64,000 nucleotides of DNA from the human T2T-CHM13v2.0 reference genome, Homo sapiens: assembly GCF_009914755.1 (NCBI RefSeq), contig NC_060927.1. One strand, written 5' to 3'. Shown piece after piece: positions 1-14,730 of the stretch. The notes beneath the pieces are model-generated. The model did no database searches. It saw nothing but the letters and a program-made list of their open reading frames with translations, and was not told the DNA's origin. A program made the translations under genes and the position numbers. Positions within the stretch are counted from its first letter, which is position 1, and every line of letters starts with the position of its first letter.

Positions 1-839
1 AATTACTTAGCAAAGAAAAAATAAATGAGCATTTATTGAATGAATAAATACTCAAAGCATGTATTAATATTCTCTAAAAATTACTTATTACAAAGACTAT
101 ATATATCAAATCATATTTTTCTGTTGATGTCCATTACAAAATTGGAGATACATTCCAACAGAAAATACTTTTTGCAGCATTAGATATGAACACATACAAA
201 AGAAAATTACTAACCTCATAAAATCTCACATCTAGAAGAAAAAACTCATCAGTATAGCATTAATAATAATATTAAAAACAAATCACAAGTTAGAAATACT
301 AAAACAGAAAATCATAAATGATACCCTTCATTTTCTATCTTTGCGATTTCCTATACTGATAGCTCATGGTTTAGCTTTTAGTTTATTGCTTTGTTTTTAT
401 CCCAAACTAAATACTGTGTTTTGATTTTTCTTTTCAAATACGTAACAAATTACTTATTGTTTCAGTTTTCTATGGAAAAAAGAATATTTATACTTAATGC
501 TTTCCCATAAGAGAAAAGATATTCAAACTCCCTTTATGGAGGTGTACTGCCAATTTTCTTTCTTTTATAAATAACATTATTGTAGAATAATATAAAAATG
601 AAACATCACAGAATTTACATACAATCCTACCATCTTAACACTTTACTCCTTATCATTTTTATATACAGCTGCATGGCTATAAATATAAGGGTCTTGAATT
701 TTATTTTAAAATTTAAATATAAGAATTTTTATATGCATAATTATAATTTTTAATGGTTGCATAATACTCTACCACATGATGTCCCAAATTGACTAAATCA
801 TTTTTCTACTTTCTCACAAAATCAGATTACGATTTTTTA

Positions 840-1830
840 AAATTGTGGTAAAATACACATAGAATAAAATTTGCTATCTTAACCATTTTTAAGTGTACGG
901 TTTAATAAGTTTAAATTAATTTTAAGTTTTTTCAATAATACATGTAAAAATATCCTTTCTTGTCTACGTTCACATTGTTGTACAATCAATCTTTAGAACT
1001 CTTTTCATCTTGCAACCCTATCCACTGGACAATAACTTCTCATTACCCCCTTCCCCAAGCCCTTGGCAATCACCATTCCATTTTCTGTCTGTATGAATTT
1101 CAGTACTCTAGGTACCTCATATAATTGGAACCAAACAATATTTGTCTCTTTGTGAGTGGCTTATTTCATTTAGTATGATGTTTTCAAAGTTCATCCGTGT
1201 TGTAACATGTGTCAGAATCTCCTCCCTTGTAAAGGTTGAATAATATTCCATTGTATGTGTATACCACAATTTGTTTATCCATTCTTCTGCTGATGAACAC
1301 TTGTGTTGTCTCTAATTTCGGCTATTGGAAATAGTCCTGCTATGAACATGGGTGTACCGATATCTCTTTGAGAACTTGCTTTCAATTTTTTGAGTATTTC
1401 CTTAGAACCAAAACTGATGAACCATATAGTAATTCTATTTTCAATTTTTAGAGGAATTACCATACCCTTTTCCTTAGAGGCTACACCATTTTATGTACCA
1501 TGAACAGTGCACAAGAGTTCCAATTTCTTCACATTGTCAACAATACTTGTTATTTTATTTCTTTTTATTTTATTTTTCAAATATTAACCATTGTATTGAG
1601 TATGAAGTAGTGTCTCATTATGTTTTTAATTTGCATTTCCTTAATGATTCATGATATTGAGCTTCTTTTCACATGCTTATTGGCTATTGCCATGTTTTTT
1701 TTGTTTGTTTGGTTGGTTGGTTTTTTTGAAAACACTAAGTCTGTTCAAGTCCTTTGCCCATTGTTTAATCAAGTTATTTGTATTTGTGCTGTTGAGTTAT
1801 GGGAGTTTTTATATATCTGGTTATTGGCAC
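840..1830 (-). mobile_element. Old L1 (L1MA/MB-type) 3' fragment
   Basis: Starts with the reverse-complement L1M 3' end (ttgtggtaaaatacacat...ttaaccatttttaagtgtac) and continues into ttgcatttccttaatg...tattgagc L1 3' sequence. Boundaries approximate. Confidence 0.8.
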
Positions 1831-3777
1831 CTGGTCAACATTGTTTTTGCAGTGAATATCTATGTTAATACATTTTCCTCTTGGTTTGAATTATTATTTT
1901 AAGTACATTGCCAGGATTGTAATTTCTGGTTTGAAAAATATGTTTTGAAGATCTTGACTTATTTGCCAAATTGCTTCTTCAAAGAATTGTGTCTAATAAC
2001 TTTAGCATTATGGAAATGTAACAGTGTACCTGTAATCCCAGAATTGTATTAGTGAAATTAATTTTAATTTTTTTCAATGACACATGTAAAAATGTCCTCC
2101 CTTATCTACATTTGCATGTCTTTGATTACTGGCACAATTTTAAAATTGAATACTGTTCCATGTGTTTTTGGTGTGACGACCTTCCCTTATTTATTCATGG
2201 TTTGATCACATACTTGTGTATTTAATTATTAGAATTTGGATATTTGTCTCATTACATAACAAATATACTGCAATATTGCCTCTGTGCATATTTTTAATTT
2301 TAGTTATATTTTAGTTTTTATCACATAAAGCTATATGTGCATGTGCATAATCATTAATTACATATTTCTAACTTTTGAAGTGTGGTACTAGATTGTTCCT
2401 CCTGCTGTATTTCTATGATTCATTTTTTTAAAGCAAGGTCAACCTGTACAGCTTTTTCAAGGAACCTCAGAATTGACATACGGGAGCTGTGAAATTTACA
2501 CAATCTGCTGCTCTCCTGAATGGTCACCAAAATGTCAGTCTACGCTATTATGTGGCCAGCTGAACATATTGGCGGAGGAAAATGCATCTTTTGGAAACAT
2601 AGCACCAATAAATAAAATGGTCTTCGGGGCAGTGAAAGTGTCTTGGTGTCAGCAGCAGCAATCAAAGCCATATTGGAAGCAACATGGCCAAGTAAAGAAA
2701 GTAAAGGGTCCTGGCTTCAGTTGGGGGAAAGGCTGAGAAATGCTGTCCCATGAATTTTAAAGGAATAATAACCTTAAGGTCTGTGACCATGAAGGGTCTT
2801 TACAGGGACCAGAATGAGTGGTGATATTAAATCTTGAGACCTTGGCCAAATTCCAACATGGGTAATTACATTCGGCCAATTTAAAATTCCCTGCGCAGTT
2901 TCTAATGCAGTCCCCTTCTGTGCTTCTCGATGCCAACCTACTGCATGCTGCTGTTCTGCATTGATAGGTAACTGTTGACCTCTAGCCTGAAGGAGGCCTT
3001 GAAGCCACGAGGGAAAAATTTATTATAAATGTCATTTCTGTCTTTTACTTCTAAAGAATCCCACTTCCAAACATGTAGGCTATTATAGAAAAGTCTAAGG
3101 ATCTTTAAGTGTGGTGTATTTGGCATGGGTATTCTTCCATGACCCTACCACCCAGGTTTGGGTTGTTGGGGGAGATACAAAGAACTTTATACTTTATACA
3201 ATCTGATTTCCAGTCCAACTCTTCTAGTTCTTATTACCCGTGTGACCTTAAGCAACTCTCCCTTATCAACTTTCAAGAACCTCTCATGGTTTCAGAAAAC
3301 AAAACAATTCTTTAACATAGCCAGGCCCCTCATAACTAGCCTGCAATCAGTCTTTCCTACCTTATCTATACCTACTCCCAGGAATTGAGATTCAGTCAAA
3401 AAAACTAGACCATTTTCTGTTCCCTTTCTGTGCAAATTCATGCACTTTGCCTATACCCCTGTTGTTTCTACTGTCTAAGTGACTCACAACTTCCTCTCTT
3501 CTAGAAAAATCCTATCTGTCTCTCGATACTGATCCTAAATATCAACTCCATGAAACCTTTCCTTGATTTCTCAGCTGCAAATCGTGTTGTATTCCACAGT
3601 ATAAATGTGAATGTCTATAGTTGTCATAGCTTTCGTTTTAGAAATTGATCTTTTTAAGTGTACGTTGCATTTCCTGCGGAACACAATACAGGATTTTGCA
3701 TTTACTGTTTTAAAAACTGAATTGTTTTAATCTTTATTTTCATATAGTAGCCTATTTGAATGTAAAAGCAGGTCTGA

Positions 3778-4582
<805 letters not shown>

Positions 4583-6375
4583 TCCTGGAAGACCACTAAG
4601 GAATCAGCAAGTCTAGTCATTCCCTCTATCAAATTTCAGTTTTAAGAGTCATGATAGGGATTGGGCACCTCTATTATTAAATACAAAACTAACCATACAA
4701 AAACCTATAAAAGGAAATTTGAAAAACAGAGGTGACTTGGATGTTTAGCAACGGCTGATGACTACTGTTCTAGGACAATACTGCAGTTCAGACCATTTTA
4801 AAGGTTAGGAAGCAGAAGCTCAGAAAGCAGAAATGATTGTGTCGAGAACAGACAGGGATTCTGCAGCCAAACCTAGACTGGAACTGAGGCCATCTAGCAG
4901 CAGTTAGGTGAATTAGCAGTTAGACAGACCCCTTTGTTCTCTATATCTCCACCCCTATTTACCATCTCCAGGGTTCTATATCTGGGCTATCTGAATGGCT
5001 ATTTTAACTTTTACAGGTTACAATTATAAATATATTACAAACTAGTATGTTAATTATAGATCATCTTAAAAATTCGATGCAGAAGTCTCACTGCTGCTTT
5101 TCTTTTGCTGCTTGGAATTCAGTCAGCCAAATTTGCCTCAGGCCCAATAATCTCAAGGTTTACCTCAAGTGCTCTTACTTAATAAAGACAACCTCTCAGT
5201 TGAGGGAGCACACATGTTCCCCAAAGAGAAGCTATCATTCACCAACAAGCTCATTTTCTAGGCAAGTTATGACTCAATAGCTCATGAGTTTCCAGGAATA
5301 GTGCGTGCATGAATAAAAGCTACAAGGGGAAGTATTTAATGCCAACAGGAATAAAGATATTGACTATTATATTAAGTCAAAAGTATGCAGCCTGTAGCAG
5401 TATGATTTTCTTGATCTGAATGCTAGTTACATGGTTGTACTTCCTTTGTTAAAAGGCATCAAGCTCTACATATATGATTAGTGCAGTTTTATGTATTCAT
5501 GTTACACCTCAATAAAATGTTGATTTAATATAATAAAAAATAATAATAACATAGCACTGCCTTACTTTGTCATTTAGAACAAGGCAGAGAGTGGAAAGTA
5601 ATTACAAGAAATTATACCTGACAACCACGTCAAATAATTTAATGTTGTCACACTTTAAAATCCAGTTTTCCGAATTCCTAGCTCTGCAATGTTGGGCAAG
5701 CCATATTACCTTCCAGAGCCTCAGATTTTTCTATATCTCCTAAATAGAAAAAATAAATACTCAGTTCATGAAGATCCTATGGTGTGATAACATAATATTG
5801 GTTAAACAAAAAGCACAGACTTAAAAAGCACCTGTCTCTCAGCAGAAATCAGTAACTCATTTATTTGTTCTCATTTGTTTGTTCAAGCATTCTTTCTGTC
5901 AAACACCATTCTGGAACACAACGGCAAATAGATAAGCTACAGTTTTGCTTTTTGAGTAGCATAAGTAATATCTTCCCTCACCCCACCCCTTTTCTTCCGA
6001 TGCCTGATTCAAGTATAGTTTTCTAACCATTTCTCCCAACATCTGCCACACGTTCTCTGGTTAGAGTAGGAAAATTGACCCTGCTTCACTCTTCCCTCCT
6101 CTCAGTGGTGTGTGAAACACCTTCCAATGGGCTTACATGGAGTACCATACCATCTTTCATAAAGCACTCACCACATTATTCTGCAGTTATTTTATTTTTA
6201 TAACAAATAGTACCTGAGTGGATGAATGGATGCATACTCTTCCCCTGCCCCATTACGTCTCACACCTTCCTCCTTGGTCACCATAAACCTTAATTCGATC
6301 TCTCCTTCTAATTTCTTCTAGTGATACCCTCTCTCTTTCTTTCCTTGATACGCTCTAAATAGAAGTACTCCTTCT

Positions 6376-6661
<286 letters not shown>

Positions 6662-7904
6662 GAATACTCCTTCCTCAATACCCCGATGTTACTATATTTT
6701 AACTTTCTTACTGACCTTAGTGTAGCATAGGAAAAGTATGGCCTTTAGACTCTGTTAGACCTGGGATTTGCTCCTGGCTTTAACATTAACTAGTGGTGTG
6801 GCCTTAGATAAATCAGCTTCTCTGACTCCATTTTCTCATTGCTAAAAGTAGAGAAACAATTTCTACTTTTTAAGGATATTGTGAGGTTTAGAAGTAATTG
6901 ATGTTTAAAGGGCTTGTCACATGCTCAATGCCAATTGCTCAATGAAGAGGAAATATTATTTCAACCTTGTATTGACAACCATGTAGACATTTTATCTTCT
7001 TCTCTTCTCTCCTCTTCTGGCCTATAATGAAGGAACCGTGGCTACTGTATCTCAGCAATGCTCACACTGTCCATGTAGAGCAAATGTTCAACACGTTTGA
7101 AAAGATGTATGAATAAAAGATAAAATAAATTTCTCAATGTTGGTGGCAGAGAAAGAATATCATACAAAGTCTCTGCATCTCATATGAGTACTTGAAAATT
7201 ATTCTCCAAAGGTGAATAATATAAGTGCCTCTCTGCTAGAGGATCATTCAGTCTTCCTGTTGCTGCACAAAAAAAATAGAACTGAATGGCACAGTTCACT
7301 CATCCTGCTGTGAGAACAAGCACATATTAGCACAATTTTAACTGGCACCAATTGGCTGTTATTCACCAGATTGTGACCAATTTAGATTAGGTCTGCCCTT
7401 AAATACTGTAGTGGTTTAGCTTATGGAATAATACAGGTGATAGTATCTCTATGAAGAACATTCTTTCCATTTAGATCAGATGTTGGAGGCTAGAAGCTGA
7501 TAAATGTCTTAACTACTTACAAGGCCAAGTTAGAACCATAAAGGCAAGTTTCCCTTTTTGCATGCAAAGTTCTTGCCTTTGAATTTCCTGATGTAGTAAA
7601 GTGTCAATAATGCATAATAACCATCCTCCAAGACTTTATTAAAATCCTGACCTTTGCTTCAAAGCTTCTGTTTGGAAGAAGAAAAACGAGGAAAGAAAAG
7701 TAGGTCCTTTCTAACAGCCTCCAGGAGCTTTAGGCCATAGGCCAGGAAGACAGGCTGTCTTTTGGAAAACATGGCTTTGCCTGTCACCTTCACTGATATT
7801 GCCCTGTGGTGGCACTGGAGGAGCATCACCAGGAAGTCAGACATTAAAGGAGAAGCAACTCAGACAATAGGATTCTGATTCTGCTACTACAAGTATCTAC
7901 TGAC

Positions 7905-8759
<855 letters not shown>

Positions 8760-8918
8760 CCTCCACGTGGGAGTAGTGCCCTGTGATGGGAGTCAGCTTC
8801 AACCCTATGCAGATAAATAGAGATTGGAAGGGTTCCAGAAGTTCCCCTTTCCCCTCTTGTCTTTCAGGACTGCATGTAACCCAGGTAGTGAGTCTGAAGG
8901 ATAGAAATGAGTGAAGCT

Positions 8919-9334
<416 letters not shown>

Positions 9335-9770
9335 TCAACAAGGTAGAGTTGAGCTCTTAGTAATCAACACCTTATCATTACTGTTTAATCTGCTTATTTC
9401 CCTACACCTAGCCGAATCAAACTGAAGGAAGAGAGGCTTTTGTCAGAAACAGATGCAATAAAAAGGAAGAGGGATACCTGACTTGGAAACCCAGGGCACC
9501 ACAGAGGAAGTGGGGGCAGGCATAACTAAGTGCTGCGAGGGGAAATGTGAACACCCAGAGAACAGGTACAAGGGTCAGCTGGGGATGGAGGAGAAAAGAG
9601 CTGAGGGGTATAAAAGGTGGAAACGTAAAAGGGTTTGGAAGGTGATATAATTACTTTTTCCTTTTTTCACTTTTTTTTTCTTTTCTCTTGGCTCCTGCCC
9701 TTCACCTTCCTTCCAAAAGCTCAAAATAAAATGTCTCTATAATGTGCTTTCTTTACTCTGTACCCAGCCA

Positions 9771-9852
9771 AATATATACACATATATATACGTGTATATA
9801 TATATACGTATATATATGTATATATATTAAACATATATACGTATATATATAG

Positions 9853-9887
<35 letters not shown>

Positions 9888-9888
9888 A
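9771..9888. repeat. Compound (TA)n/(CA)n microsatellite
   Basis: Alternating purine-pyrimidine tract read directly. Confidence 0.9.
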
Positions 9889-10019
9889 TTTGTTGTTTTA
9901 GTTTTTGTCTTCCAATGATTCTGATCTCCCAAAAAAATGTAAATCAAAGGAAGAGGGCGATATATAAGTCACTTAATATCTTTGTATCAAAGTTTAACCA
10001 TGAGAGTTTTGGACTGAAT

Positions 10020-11510
10020 TGTAACTCAACAAATGTTTATTCAATGAGTACTACGTGCAAAATATTGTCTGTTTGCCAGGGAAACATTATATTACCCTCC
10101 CGGAGTTAGCATTCTAGTGAAAACAGCATTCAATAAGTAAATTAATTAAAATGTTACGTAATGTATTATTTGACTTGGTTGTCAGGAAAAGCTTTGCTGG
10201 GAAGGTTATAGTGGAGCAGGGACATTAATGAAGATGTGAGTAAGAGGAGAGAACAAGCAACAGGGGAACAGCGGTCCAGCAAGGGGGAACAGCAGGTGCA
10301 AACACCCTAGTATGGGAACATGTTAGTGTGTTTGGTCGACAGCAAGGAGCATGCTATGGGAGATTGAAAGAAGCAACTCAGTGCTGGATCATGTAGGGCC
10401 ACACAAGGACTTTTAGGCCATAAATGACTATGGAAATTTATCTGATCATGATAAGAAATCACTATTTGAAAGCAGAGAATGACATATTTCTTGTAAAAGA
10501 ATAATGAATATTTATATTGCATTTCTACATGCCAATCCCCATGCCAAGTGTTTTACTTATATAATCTCATTTAATTTAAAAACAGCACTATAATGTATAT
10601 TATTGTCATTGTTATTCATATTTTTCAGAGAATAAAACTGTGAAAAAAAGAAATTAAGTAACTTGACCACATTATGTAAACTTGATCCCAGGTAGTCGGG
10701 CTTCAGATTCCTTGACCTCAATCACTAGCCTGTATTTATTCTATTTTCATTTATAAGGGTCTCTGAAGTAAGGGCAATAGACTCTTTGGGTAAGAGTTTA
10801 AGCAGGGACACCAGTGAGGGGAGAGATGGCAATGACTTGAACCATGGTGGTTGTGATGGAGAAGAGGAATAGCGTGGTTGGATTTGAGATGTGTTTTGAA
10901 TGTAGAGGAAGCAGAAGGTTTGTGGATATAATGTGTACAGGCAATGAGAGAGAGTGATAACTCCAACTTTTTGACCTGAGCAACTGGGTAAAAGACAGTG
11001 TTGCTTACAAAGCTCTGGTTTGGTGTGGGGCAGAAATAAAGTTTGAATTTGAACATGTAAAGTTTGAGATGTATTTAAAACATCCAAGAAGGAGATATGA
11101 AGGAGGTAATATGGTATACAAAGTCTGGTTTGGGCTTTAGATTTAGATTTGCAAGTTATTATCATATTGATATTTTAGAAGGCCATGTGTCTGTCTGAGT
11201 TCCCCTAGGTAGAGAATATAACCACTTCAAGGATTGAGCTCTAGGACACTGGAACCTTCAGAGATCATGAAGAGGTAGAGGATTCAATAAGAATCTGATA
11301 AGGAACAGCAGATGAAATACATGAAAAACAAAGAGTCAAGTACGAGAGAGTGTGAAAGAGCAACAGATTATCTGTGTCTAATGCTGCTGATACATGTACA
11401 ATGAAGACAGAGAATTGATCACCACATTTGGCAAAGTGAAGATCATTACAGATGCTGACTGTGGAGTGGTAGAGATAAATGTCTGAATGGATTGGGTTCA
11501 AGAGACTAGC
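10020..11510 (-). mobile_element. L2 LINE fragment(s) with embedded MIR
   Basis: caacaaatgtttatt...tactacgtgc reverse L2 3' end and purine-rich L2 body; MIR-like piece at ~10540-10720. Confidence 0.65.
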
Positions 11511-11807
11511 AAACTCCTGATGCGTCTTACAGCTACAGCAAGATAATTAAAGATAACCTAAAAAAAAGGTGGAGGGTAAAAGCTGGGAGAAGAAGAGAAT
11601 AATAATACCTTTCCAAATACATCAATCAATTGCAAAATATTTTATTGTGCATCTTCTATACATCCAGCAGTATTAGTCACTGACATCAATGAATTTGTAG
11701 CTTCATTTATTCATTTAGGCAACTATTATTCATCAAATGTTTAGTATGTGATGGATATTTAATGGGTATAGCTTTAAAATATTTTTCTCAATTGTTAGCA
11801 TAACATT

Positions 11808-12251
11808 TTTTCATTTTTAATTATTACGGGTACATAATAGGTGTATATATGTATGGGTGACATGTGATGTTTTGATACATGCATACAATGTGTAATAATC
11901 ACATCAGGGTAATGACAACAGGGTGTCATCACCTTGACCATTTGTCACTTCTTTGAGGAACATTCCAATTTCACTCTTACTTATTTTAAAATGCATAATT
12001 AATTATTGTTGACTGTAGTCACTCTGTTGTGCTATCAAGTGCTGGGTCTTATACATTCCAGCTAATTATATTTTTGCAACCGTTAACCATCCTCCCTTCC
12101 CCACAACTCCCTTGCCTCTGCTACTCTTCCCAGCCTCTGGTAACCATCATTCTACTCTCATATCTCAGTTCCTTTGTTTAATTTTTAGCTCCCACGTGTG
12201 AGTGAGAATTTGCAAAATTTGTCTTTCTGTGCTTGGTTTATTTCACTTAAA
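11808..12251 (-). mobile_element. L1MA 3' end fragment
   Basis: gggtacataataggtgtatat...gatacatgcatacaatgtgtaataatcacatcagggta...ttatttcacttaa. Confidence 0.8.
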
Positions 12252-14369
12252 TGTAAAAGGAAAAAGAGATGTTTCTATTTCTGTAATCCTAACATATCAA
12301 CATTTTTTCACATTCCTTTCAATTGGTGTTCATCTCTCCACAACTTTTACTCAACCTTATTTTGTAAGCCTTTTTCTTTGTAGACATATTTCCATAATAT
12401 GATAGTTATGATGCAAATATTTTATTCTGTGCGTAGACAGCGTTGGTTAACTAATCATTTTCATTTCCAACCATTTATATTGTGTTCAAACTACAATATA
12501 CTATGAATATTTGTCTATATGATTATTCATCTTAATGTTATCTTCCTTAAGCTATGAGTAGCCCTTCAATGTCCGGGAATATACATCTGGTTCAATTCTG
12601 AATTACTAGCATCTGTTTGGCTTCTAGGTAGTACATGAGACTGAGTAGCGGCTGAGAGCATGAACGTCGAGTGTCTCTAGTCTCATTTTGTATTCTCCAC
12701 TTGTAGGCCTGTAGCCTTGGTCAAGTTATTTAAATTCCCTTTATCTCCTTTATGAACTGGAGATAATAATAGCACCCTCCAGGTTGTATTGAGGGTTACC
12801 TGAATTAATATACACAAAGTCCTTATGATTGCACCTTTTTATTTTGTAAGCACTGTGTAAATGCTTCAGTGTACTATATATATATAAAAGTCTGTGCCCA
12901 GAATATATTTAAGGAATGAATAATAAATCAGAAAATGTTTTATTGTTGCTTCATACAGGTAACATTTTAAATTCTTTTGGATTATTTTCTCTTTGGTTCA
13001 GTGACAATGTTGTGAGCAGGTGCTGGGTCCCAGGTATCCTGAGATAAATAAAAATTTTGAGCAATTAATTTTCATAAGTGATGTCAAGAAGTAAAGTATC
13101 ATGAACATTTCTATGGCTCCAATTACACTGATATTTCACCTTAGGAACTGAAGCTCCGCCAGGGCAGGGGCAGCCTCTGAGTTTCGTACTGCTGTGCACC
13201 TTTAGCAGCACGGGCACCTGCTGGTTTCATTTCCTTCCCACTCACCTGGGCCCTTTTCTTATTTCACATCTTTTTTCTCCTTTTCCTTAAATGCTTTCTC
13301 TGAATCTTGATTCTTGAAAATAAATTAGTAGGATTCAGTTAGGTAGGAGGAGGAGAAAAGAAGATGTGATGAGCAAGAAGATGTGCGAAGACTCGTCAGT
13401 CTGGTAGGTGGCTTTGGTTAGGGGGTTTCAGAAATGGGGACAGGTCATGAAGGGCCTTGCCAGTCAGGAAAAATCATGAGGCACTAGCAGTAGGAACACA
13501 GCAGAAGGTGCCTGAACAAGAGAGATGACTTAATGAAAGCCTTTATAACGCTTCCCGGGATATATTACAGACTACCATCTACAGTGGCAGAGGGCAGCTG
13601 AAGGAAGGCTCTTGCAAAAACTTGGGGAAATGGAAATGAATGAAGGCAAATATTTGTTTTGAGATTATTTCCTTCTATGTAACCTATTAGTTCTTTTATT
13701 CGTTCCCCATACATGTATTGAGTGCCTACTTTGTGCCAGGCACTGTGCTAGGCAATGGGTATATTACCAGTGGACAATACAGATTTAGTCTTGCTGTCAT
13801 GTCCTGTTGCTTGCTCATATGAATGTCAGTTCAAGACAGCAAGAGCTCAGGACTGCGGAGATCGCATCTACATCCTGCCGCGCTCTGTGCCGGCACAGGG
13901 TGGTTGCGAAAATCGTGCAGTCTGAATTGATTCAAGGCCTTGCAGCATGATTGCTAAATACGTCGAGACAGGAAGAAAGGGCAGGGTGGCACCGATCTCA
14001 ACTGCGAGAGCACGATCTTGCAATGAGCGCATGTGTGCGCCTCGGTGTGTAGTGAGGGGCGTAGCTTCCCACAGCGCCTGGCAGCGTGCCGAGCTGCGCT
14101 GCAGGACTAACCCTCTCCTTTCCCCGCGCGCTCAAGCCCGCACAGGCGGTGGCAGGGAGCCGAAGGGGCCGAGCGCAGCCTTGCATCCGTCCGCAGGCGG
14201 GCCCGGCGCCGCGCCTCCTGGCGGCGGGCGGGACCGTCCAGGACGCCGCCCCGCGGCCGCAGCTCCTGGAAGCCCAGAGCGCCGGTGGATCGCGAGCCAA
14301 GGCGGCGGGTGGAGCCTGAGCCGTGAGGCCGTGGCCAATCGCGCCGCTCCGGGGGAGGAGCCCCAAAGG

Positions 14370-14533
14370 GGGAAAAGAAAGTGCGGCGGAAAGTAAGAGG
14401 CTCACTGGGGAAGACTGCCGGGATCCAGGTCTCCGGGGTCCGCTTTGGCCAGAGGCGCGGAAGGAAGCAGTGCCCGGCGACACTGCACCCATCCCGGCTG
14501 CTTTTGCTGCGCCCTCTCAGCTTCCCAAGAAAG
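14370..14533 (+). other. IL1RAP: IL1RAP exon 1 (5'UTR, non-coding; TSS approximate)
   Basis: Ends at consensus donor AAG|GTGAGT (14534-14539). tgccgggatccaggtctccgggg...cttcccaagaaag matches the recalled IL1RAP mRNA leader and contains no ATG. Confidence 0.88.
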
Positions 14534-14594
14534 GTGAGTCTCGCGCCGCCGTGAGGGCTCAGAAGTCACCAAGCCGCAGAATCTCAGGGTAGAC

Positions 14595-14730
14595 GGATTC
14601 TTAGAGATCCTATCGTTAAACCCTCCTACTTTACAGAAGAGGAAACTGAGGCACAGAACGAGGCAGCGGCTGGGATAGGTCATACTGCTAGTTAGGACTG
14701 GAGCCCGGATTCGAACCCAAACGTTCAGAG
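14595..14730 (-). mobile_element. MIR-family SINE inside the CpG island
   Basis: MIR core ctttacagaagaggaaactgaggcacaga and ggattcgaaccca. Confidence 0.7.

Noticed and set aside
2400-3100. Unique, GC-richer upstream block with an 87-aa ORF (possible exon or pseudogene)
   Set aside because: Non-ATG start, no recognisable protein, no convincing splice pair, no poly(A) or TSD.
14335-14353. ER-stress element (CCAAT-N9-CCACG)
   Set aside because: The second half reads CCGGG; treated as a plain NF-Y box.
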